Source of the DNA: Octopus sinensis
Taxonomy: Eukaryota
DNA: 64,000 bases
Direction of reading: 5' to 3'
Assembly (NCBI RefSeq): GCF_006345805.1
Contig: NC_042997.1
Location: 198,400,001 to 198,464,000, forward strand
Program-made: the position numbers and the translations under genes
Notes under the pieces: generated by a model
Database searches by the model: none
Seen by the model: only the letters and a program-made list of their open reading frames with translations
What the model was told of the DNA's origin: nothing
Shown: in pieces, positions 40,667-52,249 of the stretch
Layout: every line of letters starts with the position of its first letter
How positions within the stretch are numbered: the stretch's first letter is position 1

Positions 40667-42360
40667 CGACGGGCTTCTGAGTTTCCGTCTACCAAATCCA
40701 CTCACATGGCTTTGGCCAGCCTGAGGCTCTAGTAGAAGACACGTGCCCAAGGTACCACGCAGTGGGACTGAACCCGTAACCATATGGTTGTAAAGCAAAT
40801 TTCTTACCACACAACCACTCCTGTATTATACATGCATTCATACATACATGCTTACATAATGATATTCACAATTATTTCGAATATTATAAGTATGAATAAA
40901 TCCGATGAAATTTTATGAAACATTTATTAATCAATAGGAATTTCCTGTATCGATTAAATTACCACGTGAGAAGGAACAACCACTCTATACACTTGCTATG
41001 CTTTGCAACAGAAGAATTGTTACTTCCCAAAAGAATGCATGTTGTTGATCAGATACAACTTATCTTCTAGTCTTTTACTAGTTTCAGTCATTGGTGCGAC
41101 CATGCTACGGAAATGCCTTCAAGGATCTTATTCGATCACATCGACACAGGTACTTACGATTTGGACGTAATGGAACACAAGTCGATAGAGGTTTCCACTA
41201 GTCCATCGGAACGCACACACAGTTACTGACTACCATATTGCACTCTGAAGATGGTCAACCCTAGGATACAGTAGAAGATAGTTGCCTAAGGTTCTGTGTA
41301 GTTTAATCGAACCCAGAACCACGGCTTCCGAAACGATACAGATATACTTGCATCTATTGTAGGTAAGTGCACGGCAAATTACATTCCATCTTTATCCTCA
41401 CTCTCGACACATCACTTTCTCCTTTTCTCCTCATCCATAGTATATATTACCCTATGCTAGATTCTGCTTTCAGAACTTTTCACACTTATCATCTTTAGAA
41501 CTGTCCACAGTTAACTATTCACCTTTTGTGAATAGTTATATTAATTTCCGTCAGGTATACTGGGAAATAAAAATAGATTTATATAGTTTTCGCTGTGATA
41601 AAAAATTATTTTTAGTGATTGGATAACTCACGAATATTTAGATCTTTCAAGAAAAGAAAGACGGAAAGAAAATAATGAAAGGAAGCAGGCAAAAGAAGGC
41701 TGGCTACAAAGGCAAAGGTAAAAGGAAGAAAAGGAATGAAATGAGATGGGATGGATTATAGTGGTCTGATGCTGCATCTAGCAGCGACAAGTAATTGAAA
41801 TAGATGGAATGATGCTAGTAGGTACCTTAAGGCCGTCTGAAATAATAATAAAGGACCAACTTCCTCTCATGCAAGCAATGATCCATAATCTCAGATTTTA
41901 CGTTCTGCGCGAATGTGTTTTCTAATATCAATTGCTTTCTGCTAAACCAAGTTTTCATGTTTGCTGCTTATGAACTTTCAATTTCCCAATAATTTTCATG
42001 TAATACATAATTTTCATGTGGAGCTTTCTCTAGCAAAAGCCACATATTGTGGGCCAGCAGTACAGCCCGACAGAAATATTCTGTTAATATTTTCAATTTG
42101 CAGGGATTGACATTTAAACTAAGTGTAACTAAGATTCTTAGCTTGCACAGATTTTATGTTATTAGGTATTAGAAGCTTCAATTTTTTCTATGATTTTCAC
42201 AGTTATATTGTAAATTTGTCTATTCTTTTGGCCGAGATGCTGACTTATAGTTTTCTCAATGTCAGTTTTAATTAATATTGGCCTTGTGAGAAAAGGCTGC
42301 TTTTATTTAATGATAATAGAAACATTGATTTCTAAAAATTTCCAACGCTATAAATTTTGC
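39700..42360 (-). pseudogene. Decayed TLR ectodomain to juxtamembrane region, split by SINE A copies (40408-40822, about 41070-41330)
   Basis: KFIALEFLEIN and LKLLIPNNIKSV (42.36-42.1 kb); TSLKNTFLSY and CIPEGI; LRRCT-like FKWLLVNLYIVYYCALPFRL (about 40160-40090); FVPVIKHKLFRRH*I (about 39910-39860). Confidence 0.45.
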
Positions 42361-42522
42361 ACAATTTCGACCAGTAAATTACACACACACACACACACAC
42401 ACACTTAAAACATGTCATTTATATACATACATATATATTTGCATTTAACATAATTACACACATGTATATGTGTGTATTATATATTAGATATATCCATTCA
42501 TATATTTGTGTGTATGTGTATG

Positions 42523-42559
<37 letters not shown>

Positions 42560-42560
<1 letters not shown>

Positions 42561-43388
42561 AAATTCTGTCTGTGGGTGTGCTTGTGGAGGTGTTAGCTAA
42601 ATCCTCCTACATCGTTTTATCGATTTTGATGAAACTTGACACGTGAATAGAACTCATATTTGGAAACCTCATGGCATACTCAGATCTTTGGGAAAAAAAA
42701 TCGATAATTGGACCCCTGGAAGGGATCCTTATATATAGCGAAGAGAATAACCCATTCATTTCCCTAAATTATTGGTATAAATCAAATTGAGTATGCTTAT
42801 TTCTCAGTATTTGAACTGTTAGAGTTATTTTCGCAATTTATCCAGTACAACTCTTAAACAAGTAAATCGTATTTTCTTAAACAATAGATCCACTTATTTC
42901 GGTTAGTGACTTATTCACGAATATATCAACACTAGCGCCCCTGAGCGTAATATTCTCTGGGAACGCACAAAATCCTTTTTCAGAGCTATTTACTTTGAAT
43001 TGTTATTATCTCATATTAGTCTGTTATTACGTAACATGCTTCACGATTTTACTACCATGTACCTTATTAGTATTTCCTCCTATGTTCTAAATACTCTGGG
43101 AACGATTTAAAGCCCTTTTGGGGGCTACTTTATTTGAATTCTTAGTATCGGGTGACTAATTTCGTGTTATTTCATAACTAACTTCATAATTTGGGTATTC
43201 GTAACTTATTGGGGATTCCTAAAAACAAGATCCTATGTAAGACAGTTCGGTATTCTCTGTAAATGCACAAAAACCGTTTTAAGGGCTACATACTTTGTAT
43301 TGTTGTTATTGGATTAGCAAAACAATTATGAGAACGGAACCAAGGGATAAGCCCCGCTTTCCCTGGAATTACCGTGTACGTCAGCTAG
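42560..43388 (+). mobile_element. Helitron-like element with internal degenerate 140-160-bp repeats
   Basis: 3' end ...CCCTGGAATTACCGTGTACGTCAGCTAG|T at 43388. Repeats start at 42951, 43090 and 43251. The 5' end is lost in a microsatellite. Confidence 0.55.
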
Positions 43389-43429
<41 letters not shown>

Positions 43430-43910
43430 GCAAATTTAGTCCTGTTCCATGACGGCTTTCGGGAACCTGTTTTTCATAGCAGCCTCTCGTCGCTCGAGTT
43501 GCACTCCGCCGTCATGGAGTGACCCGATTGACGTGAAGGGTACTGAGGCCCTTTTCCTTTTCTCTTCGTTCTTCGTGCTGTTTTAGCCATAAGATGACGC
43601 CATCCCACTGGCTGGGTGGGCCGGTATTTTGTTGGATGGCCGTTGACTCTTCAGGAGTTCATCCGCCCTTTGTTGGGTCTTATTTTTCCATCCCACAGGG
43701 TGTCAAATGGACGCCTGACGGACTGGTCGGTCAAAGTGATCAAAATGAGATATATATGTATATATATGTGTATATATATATATATATATTATATATATAT
43801 ATATATGTATGTAATGCAAAATACACAGTTATATCTTGAGATAGCCAGTAATAACAATACTCAAAATATAATACAGACTGGAGTTGTAGTGCTCCAAATG
43901 AGCTATATCC

Positions 43911-44428
43911 CACTTTTTAATTTGATTGGAGGCAATGCGAGCAGGAACTAAAGGAACATTACTAAAATCCACACACAAAGATCAAATATATACATATATT
44001 CATATATTCATTTATATCTACAGAACGGACATAAAATCCGACACATAAAAATATAATAATATATATAAATAGATAAAAATCATAAATATATATAAATATA
44101 TAAGAATCAATGTTACACACAAAACAAAGTGAATTTACGCTTAAAGTTATAAAACATTGGTAAATTAAAATTTTGGGATAATAAAACATAAAAAGGGCAT
44201 ATTAAAATGACTGTGTTTTGTATGTAACACTGATTCTTATATATTTATATAAATATTTATGATTTTTATCTATTTATATATATTATTATATATTTATATG
44301 TCAGATTTTATGTCCGTTCTGTAGATATAAATGAATATATGAATATATGTATTTGATCTTTGTGTGTGGATCTTAGTAATGTTTCTTTAGTTCCTGCTCG
44401 CATTGCCTCCTATCAAATTAAGAAGTGG
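43911..44428. mobile_element. Fold-back element or MITE with about 220-bp inverted arms
   Basis: 43911-44130 is the reverse complement of about 44209-44428 (GGAGGCAATGCGAGCAGGAAC / GTTCCTGCTCGCATTGCCTCC), with a spacer of about 78 bp. Confidence 0.9.
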
Positions 44429-44437
44429 TGTATATAT

Positions 44438-45230
44438 ATCATCATCATCATCGTTTAACGTACGTTTTCCATGCTAGCATGGGTTGGAGTGTTCGATCGG
44501 GGTCTGAGAAGCCAGGAGGCTGCACCAGGCTCCAGTCTGATCTGGCAGTGTTTCTACAGCTGGATGCCCTTCCTAACGCCAACCACTCCGTGAGTGTAGT
44601 GAGTGCTTTTTACGTGCTACCGGCACAGGGGCCAGAGGAGGCTGGCAAATGGCCATGATCGGTTGGTGCTTTTACGTGTCACCGACACGAACGCCAGTCA
44701 GGCGGCGCTGGCATCTGCCACGTTCGAACGGTGCTTTTTACGTCTCACCGGCACGGGTATCTTAACTACATTTGATTTTTATTTTGATGTTGGTGTTGAC
44801 GTAATTAATAGGTCTCCACAAGAACAGCGGGTCACTCTACGATCCAAGGTTAGCGCAGCAGGCCATCCTGCGAGCCATGAACTCACTTTATTTGTCGGGT
44901 CTTCACAGTCACAGCATATCTCAGAGGTCTCGGTCTTCGTCATTTCCTTTGTGAGGCCCAACATGCCACTAGCACGGGTATCACAACTACAATATCCATT
45001 CGATTTTTATTTTGATGTACTTGACACAATAGGTCTCCTCAAGCACAGCAGGCCGTCCTGCAAGCCATGAACTCACTTCATTTGTCGGGTCTTCGGAGGG
45101 AGCAGACCTCACCTCTTGATAGAGTCGTAATGCGTCGACTTGAACATCTTGGCCCCAAAAGAGATCGTCCTTCTCCAGCTTTGAACACAGTTGATTTCTA
45201 CCAGGAAGTGTGGAGTGTGTGCATGTGAAA
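44438..45230 (-). mobile_element. Non-LTR-derived repeat with (GAT)n tail and an internal direct duplication (about 44765-44900 and about 44990-45095)
   Basis: CATCATCATCGTTTAACG...GGATGCCCTTCCTAACGCCAACC terminus and a duplicated GATTTTTATTTTGATG...GTCGGGTCTTC block. Confidence 0.55.
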
Positions 45231-45391
45231 GAGGACAAAGAGAGATAGAGGTAGAGAGGAGGAGAGAAAGTAAGAATCAATTCTAGTGCTTGATTAATAT
45301 TTTATTTATGGACCGGAAATGAGGAAAAGTAATGTTTACTTCAGTGGGGTTTGTGCTCAGAGTGCAGAGAACCGGAGGGAATATCGCCAAT

Positions 45392-45798
45392 AGACGCAGG
45401 AGTGGCTGTGTGGTAAGTAGCTTGTTAAACAACCACATGGTTCCGGGCTCAGTCCCACTGCGTGGCATCTTGGGCAAGTGTCTTCTGCTATAGCCCCGGG
45501 CCGACCAATGCCTTGTGAGTGGATTTGGTAGACGGAAACTGAAAGAAGCCTGTCGTATATATGTATATATATATATGTATGTGTGTGTGTGTTTGTGTGT
45601 CTGTGTTTGTCCCCCTAGCATTGCCTGACAACCGATGCTGGTGTGTTTACGTCCCCGTCACTCAGCGGTTCGGCAAAATAGACCGATAGAATAAGTACTG
45701 GGCTTACAAAGAATAAGTCCCGGGGTCGAGTTGCTCGATTAAAGGCGGTGCTCCAGCATGGCCACAGTCAAATGACTGAAACAAGTAAAAGAGAGTAA
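45392..45798 (+). mobile_element. SINE family A, full length
   Basis: Near-consensus copy. Confidence 0.92.
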
Positions 45799-46308
45799 GT
45801 ATTGAATCTGACGACTTAGCCAGTCAACAGCCATACTATATGGAATACATATGTAAGTACACACACACACATTATACATAAAAATATAACTAGCAACACC
45901 TCTAGGAAAGAGAGTATTAAACACCGTTGTAGAGTAAGGTTGAGCGTGGATACCGGGAGTATCCGAGGTTCACAGAAACAAATAGTTTAGCAGCTTAGCA
46001 TCGAATTCAGTTTCTTAAAATGCTTTAACCGAATATTTAAAGTTATCTATTACGAGTATGAATTGTAGCATCTCTAAATATGTACGTTGTCAAGTATACA
46101 AGGTGGAATATTGAATTGATATTGGGACATACGTCGAGCATATGAGAAAGTTTAGTTATCTTAAATAATCACCAGTTCCTTCGTTGTATATCTTAGCAAC
46201 CCCTCTTGGCATGCAATTATATTATCCTTAAAAAAAGCAAGCATCGTTATAATATTTATATCTTGTTTCTGAGAAACCCATCAATGATTACAAAGAAAAA
46301 ATATATTT

Positions 46309-46720
46309 CTTTACTCCCCACAAGGGGCTAAACATAGAGGGGACAAACAAGGACAGACAAAGGGATTAAGTCGATTACATCGACCCCAGTGCGAAACTGC
46401 TACTTAATTTATCGACTCCGAAAGGATGAAAGGCAAAGTCGACCTCGGCAGAATTTGAACTCAGAACGTAACGGCAGACGAAATACCTATTTCTTTACTA
46501 CCCACAAGGGGCTAAACATAGTGGGGACAAACAAGGACAGACAAACGGATTAAGTCGATTACATCGACCCCAGTGCGAAACTGGTACTGAATTTATCGAC
46601 CCCGAAAGGATGAAAGGCAAAGTCGACTTCGGCGGAATTTGAACTCAGAACATAACGGCAGACGAAATACGGCCACGCATTTCGCCCGGCGTGTTAACGT
46701 TTCTGCCAGCTCGCCGCCTT
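46309..46720 (-). mobile_element. SINE family C dimer with 20-bp TSD
   Basis: Units 185 bp apart (46483, 46668). TSD at 46289-46308 and 46721-46740, 18/20 identical. Confidence 0.93.
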
Positions 46721-47254
46721 TACGAAGAAAATATATATTTAAATTAATTTGCAGTTATTGTTTTAGTCACATGACTGAAAACCAAACTACACGAGTAGCA
46801 AATTTGTAGTTATGTCAAATATCACTCTTGTGACATTTATTCACTATTAACATTCTTAAAAGCAAGAAATCTTTGTATGTATATCTTCTCATCATAACTG
46901 TGTGAAAGTATTTGTAATGTTCAATGGACACAGACTATGTTTCGACGGTTTTTTTTTGTCTGTGTGTGTGCGCGTCTATGATTTCTAGTGAAAATGTTGC
47001 CATGGATACATGTTAAGATAAAAACGAAAATAAATTACCTTAATCCGCAATAGTAATGAATCATGTTACTTTGCAGTAATATTATCTTTCTAAATAATAC
47101 GTGAATTTCAGGACATTTGGATCATAAAACGTTATTGATTTTCAATGAACAGACCAAATCGTTATTTCTAGAAACGCTTTTAAGGGTTAAGATCTCGATT
47201 ATTCTAATAAAATGCTTATAAAAAAATATCATATCAAATCATTGTAAGTAATGA

Positions 47255-48452
47255 TTTCTGTTCTTAGAAACGAGGTTCCTTCAAAAGTCCGTTCTTGGAA
47301 GAAAAAATAAGTACTTACATGTTATTGCTACTCATTTGATCAAATTAGATGGAACGGAAAACGAATTTGGTTGAAGGAGGTTTATAACTCAGCTTGTATA
47401 TCTTTCAGTGTGTGAAACTTAGATAAATATAATTAATAGAAGCGTTAACATTCTTAGATAGTTAACAATTCAAATCTAATTATTCTTCTGCGTTGATTGG
47501 AAGCAGTTTTTAATGATTATGGTAATAGTTTTTAAATGAACAGAAATAAGTACAGTTTTGAAGTATTTTCTTAGATAAACTTTCAGAAAGTCTGTGGATG
47601 GTAAAAATAAAAAACAATATAATAAATTAAGGTTTGTAAATCAAAGAGTAAGTATCAAAGCGATAGTGGTATGTAATTTATTTTACCTGTAATGTCAAAT
47701 ATCCATTTCAATACAAAATTTATATAGCCAACTAAAACTTCAGATATGTTTAGAGAAGTATGCCGAAAAGTTATAAAATGTTGACTTTTGCATGGTTTGT
47801 GCCGGTTCGGATTCTTTGATCTATACTTCTTTCCATGAACATGGGAAAATGTGAATAATTAGGAAAAGATTGAATACAATCCTTGATATTTATTTTTATA
47901 TAGCTGGTATGTTGGTATTTAGTTTCTAGATGATCAGCTTTGACTGAAAGCATGATCAAAAGCATTCCGATCGTGGCTATCACCTTTTACGAGTGTGCAG
48001 TTCTACATTATTTAATGCATATTTTCCTTATTTTAGGATAGCAGATGTGATTTGGGGTAGATTTAGCCGTACTTGGAGTAAGTTAGGCGATCACGTAAGT
48101 GTCCTCTTATTGGTAAATGTTCTTGGGTGACATAAAAGAAAGGGTACTTTTCTGCACGGCAGTTTTCGATTTTTCTATTTTCTATTTGTTCCTTAAACGA
48201 TAATTGAAGAATTTCCAGGCAGGTAATGGAGCTTATTCAGTCAAGTACACCCTTCTCCAAATTGTGTACCGTTTTCCAATGATTATAAAACAGTTTACAT
48301 AGGAGCAGGAGTGGCTGTGTGGTAAGTAGCTTGCTTACAAGCCACATGGTTCCCGGTTCAGTCCCACTTGGGCAAGTGACTTCTACTATAGCCTCGGGCC
48401 GACCAAAGCCTTGTGAGTGGATTTGTTAAACGGAAACTGAAAGAAGCAAGTC

Positions 48453-48500
<48 letters not shown>

Positions 48501-49380
48501 GTATGTGTGTGTATATGTTTGTGTGTCTGTGCACCCCCCCCACATCGCTTGAAACCGATGCTGGTATGTTTATGTACCCGTAACTTAACGGTTCGGCAAA
48601 AAAGACCGATAGAATAAGTACCAGGCTTACAAAGGATAAGTCCTGGGGTCGACTTGCTCGACTAACAGGCGGTGCTCCAGTATGGCCACAGTCAAATGAC
48701 TGAAACAAGTAGAAGACTAAAAGAGTACCAGCATCATTCACCAAACTAAGTTATTTCTTTTTGTATGGTATACTAAAAGTAAATATTGAAAATAAACAAA
48801 TGGATTTCTATACAGCGTTAAAGTGAAAATATTGGATTTAGGGAATGTTTATATTATTGTTTAAGGCGGCTTATGTTAAAGAAAACCACACGTTAGGTTT
48901 TCACAGAAGACACGGATTTTTCTTTTAAATACATTGCTAAGTGTTAATCGCCAAAATACGATACCCTTTCCAATACAAGACAATACTGGAATGTTTCTTA
49001 AGTTGTAATGTCATTTACAGGTGGTGTAACTGTCAAAAGAAATGCTATAATCAAGAATTAAGTCAATAAGTACCAGATCAGGCTTACCAAGAGTTTTCTG
49101 TCAACTCTTTAGCGCTCACGCAAGATATCAACAAATGAATGATACTTTTTATCGACTGCGCATTTAATGTCAAAGGGATGCTTCCCAATATATATTTTCT
49201 CAAATTTAGCTCTGTCGATATTTTTGCCAGCCTTGATCTATTAGAGATTTGTAGCCCGGAGATACCTCAGTTTCAACTAGTTTCAATAACTTCAAATAAT
49301 CTCACGGAACTGTGCACAACTTTTGACATTCCTATTGTCTTGTGTTCATATAATATATCTTCCACATTTATCATAACATG
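47255..49380 (-). pseudogene. Decayed Toll-like receptor (LRRs-TM-TIR), interrupted by SINE A at 48300-48727
   Basis: TELNLRKYILGSIP (about 49215-49170); LTLYRNPF (48822-48798); GVLD*ISSITCLEILQLS (about 48255-48200); TM VIATIGMLLIMLSV (47983-47940); TIR pieces SWLYKFCIE, KTITIIIKNCFQS (about 47532-47493) and KYLFFLPRTDF*RNL (about 47320-47265). Confidence 0.65.
48300..48727 (+). mobile_element. SINE family A
   Basis: Head-to-tail match to the family consensus. Confidence 0.92.
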
Positions 49381-49383
49381 AAT

Positions 49384-49719
49384 TTCATTTTTCGTTTTTG
49401 GATTTGGTTTGCAAGATTCTTTATATGAGTTCGTGTGTTGAAGCATATCCTGTTGTGTCTGAGGAGAGCCATTTTATTTTTGTGCCTTATAATGTAACAC
49501 ACATACCGGTAAAATTTCCACTTTTTTTCTTATTTTTATTTTCCTAAAATTGTCGTTGCGTCTTGCAACCTTGTCAATAGTCAAGACTATTGAAAAGGTT
49601 GCAAGACGCAACGAAAATTTTAGGAAAATAAAAATAAAAAATAAGTGGAAATTTTACTGGTGAGTGTGTTACATAATAAGGCTCAAAAAGAAAATGACTC
49701 TCCCCAGACACAACAGAAT
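49384..49719. mobile_element. Tail-to-tail palindrome of Penelope-like terminal repeats (TTGAAAA family)
   Basis: Near-perfect hairpin about 49448-49719, centred at about 49583 (...CAATAGTC AA GACTATTG...). Confidence 0.85.
49587..49623 (+). ncRNA. Hammerhead ribozyme motif, U3-A8 core variant
   Basis: CTA-TTGAAAA-G-GTTGC(AAGAC)GCAAC-GAAA-ATT-T-TAG: U3:A8 replaces C3:G8, 5-bp stem II, palindromic AATT helix III, 3-bp stem I. Confidence 0.55.
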
Positions 49720-50309
49720 TTCCTTTTTGTTATTTATGAAAAGAGAAGTTATTTATTTTAAAGATTTCGATTCATAATTCAGCGAATTTAACAATGTCAA
49801 ACAACTGAAAAATATCAAAATTATATTTCGAGATTATAGTTTAATAACTACCCGTGAAAATGATTCTACCTGTACAGACACTTAAGGAGATACTTAAGTA
49901 CTGAATAATATACATGCAACTGTCTCTGAAATAACTAAACAGAAATCGTGACACAAATTCAGAAGCATTATTCAATAAATCGCAATCTCCGAAAGACGAT
50001 GTGTTCCTGGCAGGAGACTCATATCTATCATATTTCCGAAACTCTTAACTCATAGAACATTACATTCTGCGTCAATTAGCTGTTGAATAGCAGATAAGAA
50101 AAATGTAAACTATTTCTTAGGATTAAAAAAAAAAACATAGTGGGAATTTGTTAACATGCAGCATAAAATATTTGAAAAGTACTTCGCATTAATAGCTGAT
50201 TAGGTGTGTTATACATTAGAAGTCATAAATTTTAAACTGGGTTTAATGTTACTGACAATACGTACCTCTTGACTACACATACACACATGTACGATAATTG
50301 GGGTGGGCG

Positions 50310-51330
50310 GGTATTCAGGTATTCCCGATGACCAGCTGACGAGGGAGCAAGCAGGTTTCAGTAAGAAATACAGTACGATCGATCACATATTCACTCCGAC
50401 ACCGCTTATAGAACGAGCGAAAAAATACAAGCTGCTTTTGAGAATCACATTCATCGACTACAAAAAGACCGTCGACCGTTGCTCAGGGATGCGAAGGCAG
50501 GGTGCTCCACTGATATAGGTCTGTCGTCGCCTCCAGTTAAAAGCTCCAATTGAGAAGGGCGTCAAAAATAGATTACTCTCTCTTCATAGATACTAACATA
50601 ACTAACTCTGATTGTTCGTAAGTAACATCGTATTCATCGCCGAAATCACAGATCAACTGCAGACCATGCTGACGAAACTGGACAACCATAGTTTATCAGT
50701 AGGCCTTAAAATGAACCACAAGAAAACAAATTGCAAGCAGTCCCAAAACATAGCACCGAACAGAGGCAGGAAGCGATGAAATCTAGGAGCTAAAAGAGTA
50801 GATCTACTTAGGGCATGCAATGAACATGCGCCGAGACAGAAATGCTGAAATCTCGAGGTAGTTAAAGCAGGATACTTACCTCCATAAAGCATGAGCTCAA
50901 AGCAAAGCTGGACAGACCCTACTCGCCACACTCTTCAATGACACCGTTCTATATGCGCTCTTGTAAGCAAGTTAAACGTTGTCTACTACGAAGGACATTG
51001 ATTGGCAACGACGGAACGAGTTATGGAAAGAGTCATTGTAGGATTATATTACGAGCATATCCGAAATAAAGTAATTCGAGAACGGAGCGGAGTGAATTCT
51101 GTGATCGCAAACTATTAAATGTATAAGTTTCGCTGAGCCAGACATGTCTCTTAGTTCACAGACAAAAGGTGAACCCGTGCAATTGCCGAGTGGTATCCGA
51201 GAGATCGCGAAAGGCCTCTTGAAAAGCCTCCACGGTGATGGGAAAACGATTTCGTTAAATAAAGAATGGTGCAATCAAGAAAGAGCTGGAAGTGCTTTGT
51301 GACCAGCGATGTTATAACAAAAGCCGAAGG
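50310..51330 (+). mobile_element. RTE-clade LINE reverse-transcriptase fragment (decayed)
   Basis: EQAGFSKKYSTIDHIFT..LIERAKKY..L.ITFIDYKK, DIVFIAE..DQLQTML..L...SLSVGLKMNHKKT and C-terminal W YPRDRERP..KPP..W-type motifs; many frameshifts. Confidence 0.9.
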
Positions 51331-51346
51331 TCGGTGTGATACAGTG

Positions 51347-51398
<52 letters not shown>

Positions 51399-52249
51399 AT
51401 ATTATATACACACACACAAATTTTATACATCTTAATCTAAATGACATTAAACTGAGAATAATTTTATCCCTATCATCAAATTGGTTTTATATTAGAAAAG
51501 CAATCTTAAGGGTGAACGTTTTATTTTCTCGTAAAGTTAAAAGAAAATCAAATAGAAATATCAAAAGGAAAATGAGAAAAACTTATGAAATTTACTTCAG
51601 TATACGAGAAAAAATAAAATACAAAAAATTCGAGTTTATTTTCTGCAATACCTCTTAATAGTTTGTTTTCACTTAAAATGTAATGTGATAAAAATATAAA
51701 CTATGCGTAATCAATCTGTCATAGAAGTCTATTGATTTTGCATTAATAATGATTTTTCATATGGGCAGAAAGCCACAACTATCTGATACAAAAATACAGA
51801 CGATTAATTTGACATCAGAATATAACTATTACGTTTTTCCAGATCGGATTGGGAGGACAAAATCTACACGAGTCAGATGCTGGTTCGTTTTAATACAATG
51901 CATTTTGTTTGGGACAATAATATTTTGGCCATTTCAGGATGCTAATTTTCACAATACCCCTGGGGTAAATAGGTAGAGCCTATAAATGTTAGTAGTGTTT
52001 AGAGGGAAGATATACTGTTTTCAATATTTCAAAGATGAACAGCAAGGTGTAGTTCGGGAGGATTTCTGGATTCTGTCGTGATTGTAATAAATACCGAAAT
52101 ACACTTTTTTCCACAAAACAAAGGGGAATAAATTGATATACTTCACTTTATTTTCCCGAGTGCAGAAGTTGGAAAAAAAAATATCGCCAGAGTTCAAGGA
52201 ACTAAATACCATAGACTTTATATTTTACAAAAGTGTTTACCATAAATTC

